Source of the DNA: a virus
Lineage: Duplodnaviria; Caudoviricetes
Virus record (IMG/VR): IMGVR_UViG_3300049170_000040
Span: 1 to 45,225 of that record
Length of the DNA stretch: 45,225 bases
Direction: 5' to 3' (one strand)
Shown: positions 17,143-27,300 of the stretch, piece after piece
How positions within the stretch are numbered: the first letter of the stretch is position 1
Layout of the letters: every line of letters begins with the position of its first letter
The notes under the pieces: generated by a model
Seen by the model: the letters and a program-made list of their open reading frames with translations, nothing else
Databases searched by the model: none
Told to the model about the DNA's origin: nothing
Made by a program: the position numbers and the translations under genes

Positions 17143-17655
17143 TTTCCCGTCGGTGCGGGAGGCGAGGATCGCGGAGGCGTGCAGCGAGAAAGGGACGCTC
17201 GTTGCCTCCCCGTTGACCTGCCACGCGGCCTCGGTGAGCTGCTGCCGCTGCCCGACGTTCAGGGCCTCGAACAGCTCCTCGACATCCTCCGGCGTCATGA
17301 CGGGGTCGATCGAGCTTGCCGCGACGAGGGCGGGTGCGAGCGTGTCCGCGTCCCATGCTTCTTCGTCGGTCTTGCCGGGATGCTGGGCGACGAGGTCCGA
17401 CCAGGCTTTCCTGCCGAGCGCCCGGAAGGTGAACTCGACCTCGGCCTCGCGCATACGCTCGCGGGCCTCTGCGATCCGCTCCGCCACGGCGATACCAGGG
17501 TTCTGATCCGCCATGCTCTGCGGCTGCCAGTTGGACTGGGCGGCCAGCTCGGCCTCCAGGCGGTCGACCTCGGCTGCCACGTCGCCCGCCAGGCAGATCC
17601 GGACCGTGTGCTCCCGCGGCTTCGCCTTCTTGAGGACGTCCTTGATGTCGGGCAT
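17140..17655 (-). CDS. tail assembly chaperone (gpG-like)
   Basis: Lies between major tail and tape measure genes; ends GAC GGG AAA TAG. Confidence 0.8.
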   Translation of the reverse strand: MPDIKDVLKKAKPREHTVRICLAGDVAAEVDRLEAELAAQSNWQPQSMADQNPGIAVAERIAEARERMREAEVEFTFRALGRKAWSDLVAQHPGKTDEEAWDADTLAPALVAASSIDPVMTPEDVEELFEALNVGQRQQLTEAAWQVNGEATSVPFSLHASAILASRTDGK

Positions 17656-18137
17656 CAGGCGGCCACCACGGCCGAAGTCTCCGGCTCCGCGCGCAGCTTC
17701 ATCGGCGACATGAACTTCGCGACCTCGTTCGGCGCCGGAGGCGTCGTGTTCCGCTCGCCGCACTCCACCGGGTAGACCTCGACCTCCTGGCCCGCGGCCC
17801 AGGCGGTGGTGAACGGCAGGACACGGCGCACCACGAGGTATCCGAGCGCCTGGTAGACGAGCGTGGTCCACGGTGCGTCGTCGGTGGGGTTGTCGCCGCG
17901 CTTGAACGTGAGCTCCGGGCTGAAGCTGCGGCGGCCAGCCCGGTTGGTGGTGAACGTCGACGCGAGCGAGCTGTTGTCGACGTCGGCGGTCTCGGCCGGG
18001 ATGTTCAGACCGTCCGGCGTGATCCGCTCGGTCAGGTCGATGCCGGCTTCCAGCTCGGCCACAGTAGGGCTGGAGATGCTGGCGATGGACGTCACCCAGG
18101 CGACCCGGGTCTTGCCGTCGTTGATCACATCAGACAC
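17655..18137 (-). CDS. major tail tube protein
   Basis: AGGAGG RBS; PTVAELEAGIDL and GYLVVRR motifs; synteny. Confidence 0.85.
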   Translation of the reverse strand: MSDVINDGKTRVAWVTSIASISSPTVAELEAGIDLTERITPDGLNIPAETADVDNSSLASTFTTNRAGRRSFSPELTFKRGDNPTDDAPWTTLVYQALGYLVVRRVLPFTTAWAAGQEVEVYPVECGERNTTPPAPNEVAKFMSPMKLRAEPETSAVVAA

Positions 18138-18203
18138 GGCAGTGCCTCCTTCGGGGCATAGAAAAGACCCCGACAAGGCGGGGCGTCAGGGGTGCTGGGC
18201 TGG

Positions 18204-18536
18204 TCAGATACGGAGTGCGGCGACGGTCACGCTCGTGACCGCCGAATAGGAGACGGATGCGAGCCCCGAGTCGGCCGCGTTGCCGTAGAGGTCGGCAGGG
18301 ACCGGGATCATCTGCTCATCGGAGGCGCCGACCGTCACCGCCCGGTCCGCGATGGCGAGACCGGAGACGTTGCCCGGGGTCGCGATCGTCACCGTGATGG
18401 GGGCGCCGCTGCCATTGATGACGTGCAGGAACGTCGTCTTGCCAGGCTTGAGCTTGTCGCCGCCTCCGGCCGCGGCACTGTACGCGGGACTGAGCCCGCC
18501 TGCGGGGATCGACTGAACGGTGAGTGTGGCCACCAT
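18204..18536 (-). CDS. virion structural protein (small beta-rich)
   Basis: AGGAG RBS; between tail terminator and tail tube genes. Confidence 0.7.
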   Translation of the reverse strand: MVATLTVQSIPAGGLSPAYSAAAGGGDKLKPGKTTFLHVINGSGAPITVTIATPGNVSGLAIADRAVTVGASDEQMIPVPADLYGNAADSGLASVSYSAVTSVTVAALRI

Positions 18537-18541
18537 GACTC

Positions 18542-18943
18542 CTACGAGGTCGAGCGGATCGTGTACTGGATGGGGGCGAACCACAGCGGGGGCTGCACGT
18601 CGTCGTCGCGGATGACCGGCGGGCCACCCAGCTCCTCAGGCCGCCACGTCGCCCGTCCTGGCACCTGTACGCCGGCGTGGAGCGCGGCTCGGACCTTGTC
18701 GGCGACCCACAGACATTGCTCCTCTGTCGGACCCACAGCGGTTACCTGAAACAGCCCGTCGAAGTCGTCACGCCGGTCGGCGAGCGACTCCGACACCGAA
18801 CGGCCAGGCGACATGTAGACCACGGCGTACATCCGGGAGGCGGGCAGCGGCTCGGGGGCCCCACCCTTCCCGACCGCAAGGTTCACGGCCTCGAGAGCCT
18901 CCACCACTGCGTCGCGGTGAGCCAGGATGCCGGGGGCGCTCAT
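18542..18943 (-). CDS. tail terminator protein
   Basis: Synteny; YAVVY...FQVTAVG...WVADKVR pattern. Confidence 0.7.
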   Translation of the reverse strand: MSAPGILAHRDAVVEALEAVNLAVGKGGAPEPLPASRMYAVVYMSPGRSVSESLADRRDDFDGLFQVTAVGPTEEQCLWVADKVRAALHAGVQVPGRATWRPEELGGPPVIRDDDVQPPLWFAPIQYTIRSTS

Positions 18944-19332
18944 CCTCGGCCCATCTGTGCACCGATCGCGGCCACGTGCAGCATGAACGCCGCCTGCTCA
19001 GCAGCAAGCGCCCGCCCGCCGTCGTTGTGAGGGGCGTTGTTGACCGAGCCGAACTCCAACAGGTTGCCGAGTGCGCCCTGCGGCCGGGACTTGTCCGGGC
19101 CGATCTCTGCTGCGGCGCCGGTGGGATGCGGCTTCATGTCGTAGCTGATGCTGCTCGGGTAGAGGCGTGCGTGGGCGCCTGCGGTCGCGGTTGCGTTCGC
19201 GCGCCAGCCGTTCTTCACGTTGAGGGCTCCGCGTTCAACGACCGCACGGACCTGGATCTGGGCCCGCACCGCGTTCACCCGGAAGACGCCCGCAAGCGCG
19301 TCCAGCTGGCGGGTGTTCGCGTCGATGCTCAT
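18940..19332 (-). CDS. HK97 gp10-like neck protein
   Basis: AEIGPDK..QGALGNLLEFGS motif; ATGA coupling. Confidence 0.75.
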   Translation of the reverse strand: MSIDANTRQLDALAGVFRVNAVRAQIQVRAVVERGALNVKNGWRANATATAGAHARLYPSSISYDMKPHPTGAAAEIGPDKSRPQGALGNLLEFGSVNNAPHNDGGRALAAEQAAFMLHVAAIGAQMGRG

Positions 19333-19745
19333 GACCGGTCCTCCGTGATAATCCGCCATGCAGTGGCTGTGTCGCCGTACTGAAAGCCAGTCACCCAAAG
19401 ACGCACTCCGACCAGCCTCGGGTCGAGGGAGGCCGTCACGTCGGCGACGTCGCCCGGCTGGGGGCGCTCTCCCGTAGCCGGGAGCTCCGTGCCGAACGGA
19501 AGCGTGATGCGGTACTGCCGCAGCGAGACTTCCTGCTCGCCGGCCTGGACCTCGCTGTCTGCGAGCTGGGCGGCCTTGACCCGGGCCTTGCCCGTGTAGA
19601 AGACAACGATCGGCGGGCCAGGGGTCGTCAGACCCGTCTCGCGGTCGAAGACGTCTGGCCCTGGCCGGTGAAGGACGATCGTGTCGCGCATCAGGGCTTC
19701 GGCTTCCGCGCGGCCGGCAGCGAGTGCGGATTCCAGGGCGCTCAC
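19329..19745 (-). CDS. head-tail stopper/closure protein (DUF6093-like)
   Basis: AGRAEAEALMRD...YTGKARVK pattern; synteny. Confidence 0.75.
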   Translation of the reverse strand: MSALESALAAGRAEAEALMRDTIVLHRPGPDVFDRETGLTTPGPPIVVFYTGKARVKAAQLADSEVQAGEQEVSLRQYRITLPFGTELPATGERPQPGDVADVTASLDPRLVGVRLWVTGFQYGDTATAWRIITEDRS

Positions 19746-20311
19746 CGGGTGGCCACCGTTCCGATGCGGCGCCGGTAGGCACTGAGGATGCTGCGGTGCG
19801 CTTCCGACAGGCTGCCGGAACCGAGCGTCTCGGAGGCGAAGGTGCGGCTGTAGTCGTCGATGGATACAGAGCGCAGTCCTGACGGGTTGGTGACCGTCGT
19901 GGACGCTAGGTCGAGACAGACCGTCCGCACGTCGTCCGGGACCTCGTCCCATCCATGCGTGTAGGTGACCTCGACCAATCCCGGATCTGGGTACGTCGTG
20001 GTCCCGGGCAGGCGCCGCCAACCCCCTGTTCTCAGCAGGCGGTCACCTGACAGGACCCAGTCCTGCAGAACGAGGGAGTTCACCCTGATCTGCGAGACGG
20101 ACACCACGGGGCGCTGCGGAAGCACCAGCTCACGCTCGTCCAGGACTCGCAAAACCTTGACGTCGTCCGTCACCCGGGTGAAGTCCTGCCGGGTCCATTT
20201 CCGGATGACGGCCGACGCCGCGGCGAGAGCCAGATCGGCCGTGGCCGCAGGTATCTCGGACTGCGTGAAGGCGGCGAGGTCGGCCGCCGTGGCGAATGGG
20301 GGCAGTGCCAT
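19742..20311 (-). CDS. head-to-tail adaptor
   Basis: FATAADL, LPQRPVVSV, VTYTHGW..VPDD, NPSGLRS motifs. Confidence 0.8.
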   Translation of the reverse strand: MALPPFATAADLAAFTQSEIPAATADLALAAASAVIRKWTRQDFTRVTDDVKVLRVLDERELVLPQRPVVSVSQIRVNSLVLQDWVLSGDRLLRTGGWRRLPGTTTYPDPGLVEVTYTHGWDEVPDDVRTVCLDLASTTVTNPSGLRSVSIDDYSRTFASETLGSGSLSEAHRSILSAYRRRIGTVATR

Positions 20312-20334
20312 GGCGGCCTCCTGTCGGTGGACCC

Positions 20335-20583
20335 TTAAGCGAGACCGGCGGCCTTGCGGGCCTCCGCCGCCGCGTTCCTGTCGGTTTCCGGGGTCGGCTT
20401 GCCCTCGACGACGCCGGCCACGGTGTAGTGCTCGTTCGGAGTCGGGTCGGTCTCAACGCCATAGAAACCCTGTTCCTGCGCCCTGTCGGTGGCGCGCTGG
20501 ACCTCCTTGGCGACCTCGTCGTCAGCCGGAATCGGCTGGTTCTGCGGCTCTCCGTCGGACTTGCCGGTGTTTCGCGCTGCCAC
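20335..20583 (-). CDS. small hypothetical head-module protein
   Basis: AGGAGG RBS before GTG; operonic position. Confidence 0.65.
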   Translation of the reverse strand: MAARNTGKSDGEPQNQPIPADDEVAKEVQRATDRAQEQGFYGVETDPTPNEHYTVAGVVEGKPTPETDRNAAAEARKAAGLA

Positions 20584-20591
20584 GGTTCCTC

Positions 20592-21002
20592 CTAGCGCCT
20601 GGAAACGGTGACCCGGACGGTGCCGCCGGGGTCGGTGATGCCGGTGCCGACCGCGACGGACCGCCACAGAAGGGTGTCCCCTGAGGTGAGATCCAGGTTC
20701 GCGGCAGTACCGGACAGGGTGATCGCCTTCTCGTTGTTCGCCGACGCGGTGACGCTGCCGCTGTCGAACGCAAGCGACGCCACGGTGGCGCTACCGCTAC
20801 CGGCCTGCCCCTTGTTGACGAGGGAGTAGGCCCGGTGGTTCGTCGCGGCGCCAGTGATGGCGGCCTCGGGCACGTACTCGACGCTGGTGACTGTGCAGTC
20901 GAACGGCGCCTGGGCGAGGACGGTGTCGTCGGACGCGCCAGCGGTCGAGACCGCCGGAACGTTCTCCTCGATAACCCGCACGTAGGGGGCGGTGTCAGCC
21001 AT
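20592..21002 (-). CDS. putative capsid decoration protein
   Basis: AAGGAG RBS; beta-rich; directly after the capsid gene. Confidence 0.65.
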   Translation of the reverse strand: MADTAPYVRVIEENVPAVSTAGASDDTVLAQAPFDCTVTSVEYVPEAAITGAATNHRAYSLVNKGQAGSGSATVASLAFDSGSVTASANNEKAITLSGTAANLDLTSGDTLLWRSVAVGTGITDPGGTVRVTVSRR

Positions 21003-21027
21003 GTCTGTCTCCTTCGTGGGGCTCGGG

Positions 21028-21990
21028 TCAGGCGCCGACGGTCTTGAGCACGCCGACGGGGTAGCGGGAGCCTTCGGCGGGCTGCTCGTTGTTGATCCGG
21101 TTGGAGACCTGCCAGCCGACACGGAAGGTCAGACGGACGGCCGTCATATCCTGTTGTGCCAGGTTGTAAATGATGGCGCCCGTGTTGTCCTGGATGACCG
21201 CCTGGTCGAGGATCTTCATCGTGATGTCCTGGCGGACACCGATGACGAACTCCGACCAGTCGCCGGCGAAAAGCCGCACGCCGTCCACGCCGGCACCGCC
21301 AGCCAGGGGGAACATGCCCTTCATGGCGTACTGGATCGGGTAGCCGTCCAGGGTCCGCATGTCGCCCGAGACACGGGACTCGTCGAGCTTGCGACCCTGG
21401 GTGTCCCTGGCGCGGCGCAGCTTGGACTTCGCAGAGGTCGCGGCGACGAAGCCGTTGACCTCGAAGCCGTCGGCCTCGACCTTCTCGTAGACGTTGTCGA
21501 TGTCGCCGAAGAAGCCACCGTTCGCCGCGGTGGCGCCCTCGTTGACTGAATTGCCGGCTGCGGTCGCTGCGGAGAGGATGTTGGTCGGGAAGGAGCTCGG
21601 CGCATTCGTCCCGAAGAAGATCGTGGAGTCGAGGAGACGCCCGAAGGCCTCACGGACCAGCGGCTCTGCCTCGTCCCACAGGTCTGCGTCGGTGTCGGCG
21701 AGGACGTTGTCGGGGAAGGGGACGATCGTCGCCATCTCCTCCACGTTCAAGAACTTGTTCGCCCAGTTGACCTCGGTGGTCTGCTTCAGGCCCGTGTCAC
21801 CGGCGACCCAGTAGGCAACCGGCAGGGCGGACAGGATCGGCAGGCGAACCTGGCCGCGTGCAACCGGGATGCGCTTGAACATGCTCAGAGCCGCCGAGTC
21901 TTCGACGGCCTTGCCGAGCATCTCCTTGGAGACCTCTTCGGGGATGAGAGCTGCAGCGTCGGTGCGGCTCGTCAGGTTGTTGTAGGCCAC
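21028..21990 (-). CDS. major capsid protein (HK97 fold)
   Basis: LIPEEVS, AYWVAG, LFAGDWS, NLAQQDMTAVR motifs. Confidence 0.92.
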   Translation of the reverse strand: MAYNNLTSRTDAAALIPEEVSKEMLGKAVEDSAALSMFKRIPVARGQVRLPILSALPVAYWVAGDTGLKQTTEVNWANKFLNVEEMATIVPFPDNVLADTDADLWDEAEPLVREAFGRLLDSTIFFGTNAPSSFPTNILSAATAAGNSVNEGATAANGGFFGDIDNVYEKVEADGFEVNGFVAATSAKSKLRRARDTQGRKLDESRVSGDMRTLDGYPIQYAMKGMFPLAGGAGVDGVRLFAGDWSEFVIGVRQDITMKILDQAVIQDNTGAIIYNLAQQDMTAVRLTFRVGWQVSNRINNEQPAEGSRYPVGVLKTVGA

Positions 21991-22043
21991 GGCTTATGCC
22001 TGCCTTTCCTTGGAATGGCCGGCCAGAACCGGGCCGGACGATG

Positions 22044-22589
22044 TCAGCTCGCGCCCGCCTGCTGGCGGATGAGCTCGTTCATGGAGGTCGGCTTCGATGC
22101 CGACGTGCGGGCGCCACCGTCGAATGAGGGCGGGGCAGCCTCGCGGGCGAGGTGCGGCTTGCGCTTCAGCAGGTCAGCGAGGGCCTTCTCGATGCCCTTG
22201 CTGTCGATGTCGCCGTCGTCGTCGACGAAGTCGCCCAAGTTCAGGAAAGCCGCGGCGTCCGAGGGGTCCGCGAATGTCGCTGCGGCGAGCGCTCGAACCT
22301 CGGCCCTTGCAGCCCGCTCCACCATTGCGGTGGCGCGCTGCTCGGCCTTGGTGGCCCGCTCGGCCGCCTTCTGGACCTCGGTCTTGTCGCGGTCCTCGAT
22401 CTCCTGCAGACGGGCTGCCTGGTCCTTGGCCGCCTTCTCTGCGACCTTGGCGCGCTGTTTCCACTCGTTGAGCGCCTTCTCCCCAGCCGGCCCCAGGGGA
22501 GCGTCTGTGGCTGACGATTCAGGCGTCGTGGGCTCGGTTGCCGTCTCCCTCTCGGGGGCGGCGGCCGACTCGGGTGCTGTTTCGGACAT
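22044..22589 (-). CDS. capsid scaffolding protein
   Basis: Acidic N-tail, coiled coil, KPHLA..DGGAR..MNELIR ending. Confidence 0.85.
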   Translation of the reverse strand: MSETAPESAAAPERETATEPTTPESSATDAPLGPAGEKALNEWKQRAKVAEKAAKDQAARLQEIEDRDKTEVQKAAERATKAEQRATAMVERAARAEVRALAAATFADPSDAAAFLNLGDFVDDDGDIDSKGIEKALADLLKRKPHLAREAAPPSFDGGARTSASKPTSMNELIRQQAGAS

Positions 22590-22632
22590 GCGGTCTCCCG
22601 TTGCGGGATCAGTGGCCGGGCCTTGCGCCCAG

Positions 22633-23661
22633 TCAGGTCAGGTAGCCGAAGCGGCGCAGCATGGCGATGGCTTCGTCCCGGCTCGCGGCGAGCCGGTAGA
22701 TCTCTTCCGGCATCAGCCGGGGGGTGCGGAGCTGATAGGCCCTCCCGACGTTTGCGGGCACCTGTCCCCGGGCCACGGCACGGGCTCGCTCCGAGCGGTA
22801 GAAGGCCCCGCGAGTTGTCGCGCCCTCGCGGGTCGCAGCGAGGCGGTGTCGGTAGGCCCCGGCGATATACATACCGCGGCGGGCATTCACCACCGAGGTG
22901 ATGTCGGCGCCGTCCCGGATCGCGCGAGCCCCGGCCACGGTGAACAGCCGCTCCTGCTCACGACGCGACAGCGAGTTGAAGTAGGCCTGCGGGTCGGTGA
23001 CCAATCCTCGCTGCCGAGGGACCGGGCCGTTGCCGCGTCCCTGGCCGCGGGCGATGAGTGTGGCTGGCATGTGGATGCAGTCGCAGCGAGGATGCCGCTG
23101 GAAGCCCTTGTTCCAGCCGAACTCCTTGCCAGCGAGAATCGCGCACCTCGCGCAGCACGGTGCCGCGGCGATCCTGATGTACCCCTGGATCGTGCGGCGC
23201 CCCGCAATGCCCGCCCCAACCGCCGTGCGGCCAGCGTCCGCCACCTGAGTCGCCGACATGCGCAGCAGCTGGTTGAGACCCCGCATCATCGCATCCACAT
23301 CCGCGACGCCAGCGGCAATCGCTTCCTTGGTCGTAATGACAGACAGGTACAGCAGGCTGTCCAGCGGCCGACCGTCCGACGCCTGTCCGGCGAAAGCTGA
23401 GGGGCGTACCCTCGGGCCTTTCGCAGGATCATCACCGTCCGCCTCGACGACAGCGTCAAGGTAGAGGTCGGCCTGCGCGGCCGCGGCCATCTGTCCAGCC
23501 CTCACCGCCTCGAGCACAGCCGGACCGAGACCCTGCCACGACTCGGTCAGCCTGCCCCTGTCCATCTGCCGCCAGAGGACCTGCACGCGGTCTGCGGTCT
23601 TCCGGGACAGCCGCGCTTGGCCGGTGTAGTAGGCGCGGGCCAAATCAACGGCCGAGGTCAC
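22633..23661 (-). CDS. MuF-like minor head / capsid maturation protein
   Basis: CCARCAILAG...FQRHPRCDCIHMP motif; follows the portal gene. Confidence 0.8.
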   Translation of the reverse strand: MTSAVDLARAYYTGQARLSRKTADRVQVLWRQMDRGRLTESWQGLGPAVLEAVRAGQMAAAAQADLYLDAVVEADGDDPAKGPRVRPSAFAGQASDGRPLDSLLYLSVITTKEAIAAGVADVDAMMRGLNQLLRMSATQVADAGRTAVGAGIAGRRTIQGYIRIAAAPCCARCAILAGKEFGWNKGFQRHPRCDCIHMPATLIARGQGRGNGPVPRQRGLVTDPQAYFNSLSRREQERLFTVAGARAIRDGADITSVVNARRGMYIAGAYRHRLAATREGATTRGAFYRSERARAVARGQVPANVGRAYQLRTPRLMPEEIYRLAASRDEAIAMLRRFGYLT

Positions 23662-25040
23662 GATCCCGCCTCCAGTGCGGGCTGCTCAGCCGGTTCCCGC
23701 TTCGGCCCGTATTCGGCCGCCAAGTCGCCGTCCAGCGCTCGCGTCAGCGCTTCCTCGTTCATGAGGCGCCAGCGCTCGATCTCCTGCGGCGTCGCCCCCC
23801 AGCGCTCCCAAAGCACCTCGCGAGGCACCCCGAGCGAACTCATCTTCACGAGAGCGTCGACCAGCTCACCCTCGGTGCGCCACTCGGGAGACTTCCAGAC
23901 GATGCGGGCCTGGGATGAGGCGATGCCGGCGAGCCGCATCGTCCGCTCCAAGCCCTCCTCAAGGAAGCGGCGCCGCTGGTAGATCTTGTGGATCAGTCCG
24001 GCTTCGGCTGCCTTCAGCGCCTCGGCCGAAAGATTGATCATGCTGCCGAGCAAGTAGTGCGGGGGCGTAGAGGTAATGGCGGCGATGTCATGAACATCGG
24101 CCTCCTTACCCTTCAGATAGCCAGACAGATCGGCGGCCGCGAACTGGCCGAACTTGGCTCCGTTCTCCTCCGCGATGAGGATCTTGTTCACGGCGACATC
24201 GAACGGCTCGATGTCCTGGCCGTTCTCATCGACCGGGATCTCCATGCCGGTGACCCACTTCTGTGGGAACGCCGCGAACTCCTGGGTCATCATCCGGTCC
24301 GCGATTGTCTTGTTGATGCGGTCCTGGATGCCAGTTACAGATCGAAGCTCACTGGCGCCCGGCTTCAGCATGCGCGGGCGGTTGGCGAGCTGGCCGAACG
24401 GCACCTCGCCCAAAATGTTCTTCCCGCCCCACTGCTCGCCGGCAACCTCGCGGCGGACCCATACAGGCTTTCCGCCGGTCTTCGGCTCCGGGGCGTCGAA
24501 CTTGTAGATGTTCCCCGGCAGGTAGACGGTTGCGCACAGCCGCCCGGTCCAGTCGTCCATCCACAGCTTGAGCGCGGCAGCATCCTCACCAGGAGACCCC
24601 GGCTTAGCCTCCGTGATGACTTGCGTCGGATGCTCCGGAGTGATTCGGTAGTCCGTCCGACTCCCCTCTGGGGGCGAGACCATGAGGTAGGCGTCACCAC
24701 GGATCGCCGCCTCCAGGAATCCGAGCTGGCTACCGCTGTCGAGGTTGTTCTCTTGCCACAGCGCCCAAGCCCGCTCGTCCGCCTTGCCTTCGGCATCCGA
24801 CTGGAAGCCGGCTACCTCTAGGCGGCCGACTAGCGCATCAACCACGAGTTCCATGTAATTGGCCCGCGACATGCGCAGCAGGCGCCGGAACGGGTCCCTG
24901 GCCTTCTCGTGCAGGAACGGAAGTGGGTGCTCGCACTCGTAGTAGTCGTCGAAGATATTCGTAGCCTTCGTCCGCACACAGAGTGCGTCGTACAGGCGGT
25001 CACGCCACCACTCAGGGGACTGGACAGCAGGCTGAGGCAT
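23658..25040 (-). CDS. portal protein (SPP1 gp6-like)
   Basis: NYMELVVDA, AFPQKWVTG, TPPHYLLG, NLSAEAL motifs. Confidence 0.92.
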   Translation of the reverse strand: MPQPAVQSPEWWRDRLYDALCVRTKATNIFDDYYECEHPLPFLHEKARDPFRRLLRMSRANYMELVVDALVGRLEVAGFQSDAEGKADERAWALWQENNLDSGSQLGFLEAAIRGDAYLMVSPPEGSRTDYRITPEHPTQVITEAKPGSPGEDAAALKLWMDDWTGRLCATVYLPGNIYKFDAPEPKTGGKPVWVRREVAGEQWGGKNILGEVPFGQLANRPRMLKPGASELRSVTGIQDRINKTIADRMMTQEFAAFPQKWVTGMEIPVDENGQDIEPFDVAVNKILIAEENGAKFGQFAAADLSGYLKGKEADVHDIAAITSTPPHYLLGSMINLSAEALKAAEAGLIHKIYQRRRFLEEGLERTMRLAGIASSQARIVWKSPEWRTEGELVDALVKMSSLGVPREVLWERWGATPQEIERWRLMNEEALTRALDGDLAAEYGPKREPAEQPALEAGS

Positions 25041-25055
25041 CCCGCCCCCTCTCTG

Positions 25056-26666
25056 TCAGAAGCCGCGGGCGCGGCGCCTCTTCGGCTTGGCTTGGCCGGC
25101 CGCGACGACGTCGCCCGCGGCCTCGTGGGCGAGAATCGACGGAATGGCGGCATCGATCTTCTGGCTCGGGCTCGCCTTGCTCAGGACATACCGGCCGCCG
25201 GTGCGGGCCGCCTTGCGGGCGTTGCGCACATGCGTCGCGGTGATGGGGCATCCGTCGTGGCGGAAGGTGGTCTCGGCCTTGTTCACGTCCGTCAGAAGCC
25301 GCTCGGCTGCGGCGTGCATCTGGACCGTTCGGTACGTGTACCAGCGGATCACGCGCTTCTCTCCATGGCGCTCCGCCCACGAGTCGACCTCGGTCTCCCA
25401 GTACGGCGGGTCCGCGTACAGGCGGACCACATCAAACCGCTTGAACACCTCGTCGATCGCGGCGTCGACTTCGAGACGCGGTACCTGGCCGCCAAAGTCG
25501 GCAGGGTCCCAGATCGTCGGCAGGCTGTCTGGCCCGTAGGTCGGCGTGAACTGGTAGCCGTCGAGCGTCTCCAGGCGGAGGGCGGTGTAGTCGTCGATGT
25601 CGGAACCGTCGAAGCCGGCCACGACCATCGTGCCGTCCGGCACCTCTCGCAGGTCGGCGAGAACGTCCCAGGCGTCCCCGCTCATCCAAGAGCCCTTGCC
25701 GTACACGACCCGGTTACCGAAGAAGCGCTCCGCCTGCTCCGGGTCCGTCTCCATCAGCTCCAGCGCCTCGGCCTCGATGGCGTCGAGGTCGACGTGAGTG
25801 GAGCCCGCATAGACGTAGCGGTGGATCTTCCGCCGGTCTGCCTTGTTCGTGTACTTCAGTGACGCTGGCGGCACCCGGTGGAACCGGAAGATGTCCTTGA
25901 CCTTCGCCTCGGCCGTGCGCTGGGCAACCGAGGCCTCCGAAGGTGACCAGGCGTTCGTGGTCTCCATCGTCCTGCCGCCCATGCCCGCAGCGCCGCGGCG
26001 CTGAGTGTCGGCGACCCGGTCCATCTTGTTCGCGACCGTCCACAGCTGCGTCTCGTCCTGGAGGACGAACGTGACCGGGTTACCGAGCCGGGACTGGGCG
26101 CTCGAGGTGACCACATCGATGCGGCCGTCGTTCGGCAGACGGATGAACTGCTCGCCCACCCGCATGAGCTCACCAAGGCGGCCGTAGCGGATCATCGACT
26201 GCAGCGGCCGGTAGACGTTGTCCGTCTGCTCCTCCGAGAATGCGGTGATCTGCACAAGAGGAGTCGGCCACGGAATGCCCATCGGCTCGCCGGGCTCGTA
26301 CTCGTAAATCCAGCCGCACCCACAGCCGTGAGCACGGCAGTCGTAGGCTTCCCCGCCCTCAGCCCAGCCGTTGAAGACCGCAGGCCCGACACCCTCGTTC
26401 GCGCAGATCGACGCCGTCCACGGGCCCTTGCCCGTCTTCTGCGGGGCAACGCACTGAGACCGGCGGTAATGAAATGCCGGCGCGAGCTGACCGACCTGGG
26501 CTTTCGGCTTCACCCGGTAGAAGTTCGCCGTGCACCACAGCTGCCAGTCGTACATCTGGAACGGCTCGCCCTTGCGAAAGCCGTCCGGGACGACGCAGTG
26601 GCGCTCGATCCAGTCACAGGCGACCCACAGCGTCGGGAAGTCGACGACGAACTCGTCAGCCGCCAT
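25056..26666 (-). CDS. terL: terminase large subunit
   Basis: Walker A PQKTGKG, Walker B VLQDE, nuclease GFDGSD..D and KIDAA. Confidence 0.93.
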   Translation of the reverse strand: MAADEFVVDFPTLWVACDWIERHCVVPDGFRKGEPFQMYDWQLWCTANFYRVKPKAQVGQLAPAFHYRRSQCVAPQKTGKGPWTASICANEGVGPAVFNGWAEGGEAYDCRAHGCGCGWIYEYEPGEPMGIPWPTPLVQITAFSEEQTDNVYRPLQSMIRYGRLGELMRVGEQFIRLPNDGRIDVVTSSAQSRLGNPVTFVLQDETQLWTVANKMDRVADTQRRGAAGMGGRTMETTNAWSPSEASVAQRTAEAKVKDIFRFHRVPPASLKYTNKADRRKIHRYVYAGSTHVDLDAIEAEALELMETDPEQAERFFGNRVVYGKGSWMSGDAWDVLADLREVPDGTMVVAGFDGSDIDDYTALRLETLDGYQFTPTYGPDSLPTIWDPADFGGQVPRLEVDAAIDEVFKRFDVVRLYADPPYWETEVDSWAERHGEKRVIRWYTYRTVQMHAAAERLLTDVNKAETTFRHDGCPITATHVRNARKAARTGGRYVLSKASPSQKIDAAIPSILAHEAAGDVVAAGQAKPKRRRARGF

Positions 26667-27126
26667 CGCCCGGGACGACCTTCAGTCTCGACCGTGACGT
26701 CTTCGCGGCCGCCGCGGTCCTGCCGCGAGTGGCCGGCTTCGGCGGCGCTTGTTCCTCGGCAGTGATCCGCCAGCGGTTCGCCCGCATGCCGGGTGTCGTC
26801 AGGCCGAGTGAGTCGGCCATCTGGCGAACTAGTGTCGACAGGTTGACTCGGGAGTCCATCAGTTCGGCCTCGGTGAAGCGGCGCACGTACAGCGCGACTT
26901 CCAGCTCCTGGCTGAACCGTTCCCACATGATGGCCTGCGGCTTAGCCCACAGGCTGGACCACAGCTCGGCTTCACGGGGGCTCTGCTCGCTCAGCGGCCA
27001 GTCGGGCGTGGCGCCCTGGCGGCCATCTGCGGGCAGCACCGTCCACTCGCCGGCGTCGCGGTCTCGTCGCAGCGCGTTCGGATCCGGTGCCGGTCCCGAG
27101 CGTGCTCGCGCACCTCCACTCGCCAT
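26656..27126 (-). CDS. terS: terminase small subunit
   Basis: SGPAPDPNALRR, LGLTTPGMRANRW motifs; overlaps the terL start. Confidence 0.85.
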   Translation of the reverse strand: MASGGARARSGPAPDPNALRRDRDAGEWTVLPADGRQGATPDWPLSEQSPREAELWSSLWAKPQAIMWERFSQELEVALYVRRFTEAELMDSRVNLSTLVRQMADSLGLTTPGMRANRWRITAEEQAPPKPATRGRTAAAAKTSRSRLKVVPGDGG

Positions 27127-27300
27127 GTTGATCACTCCATCGGCCGCGTTGCGCGACTCAGCGGGGTGTCACATTGCGTGACCCCTCTTGATCCACTTGG
27201 ACATTTTGATCTTGACCGACCTGGCGCGGCCCTCCCCGGCGGTCCGGCAGAGATCACCCGGAGGGGGCCTCCCCCTGGGCCCGTGCACGCACCGTGACGG

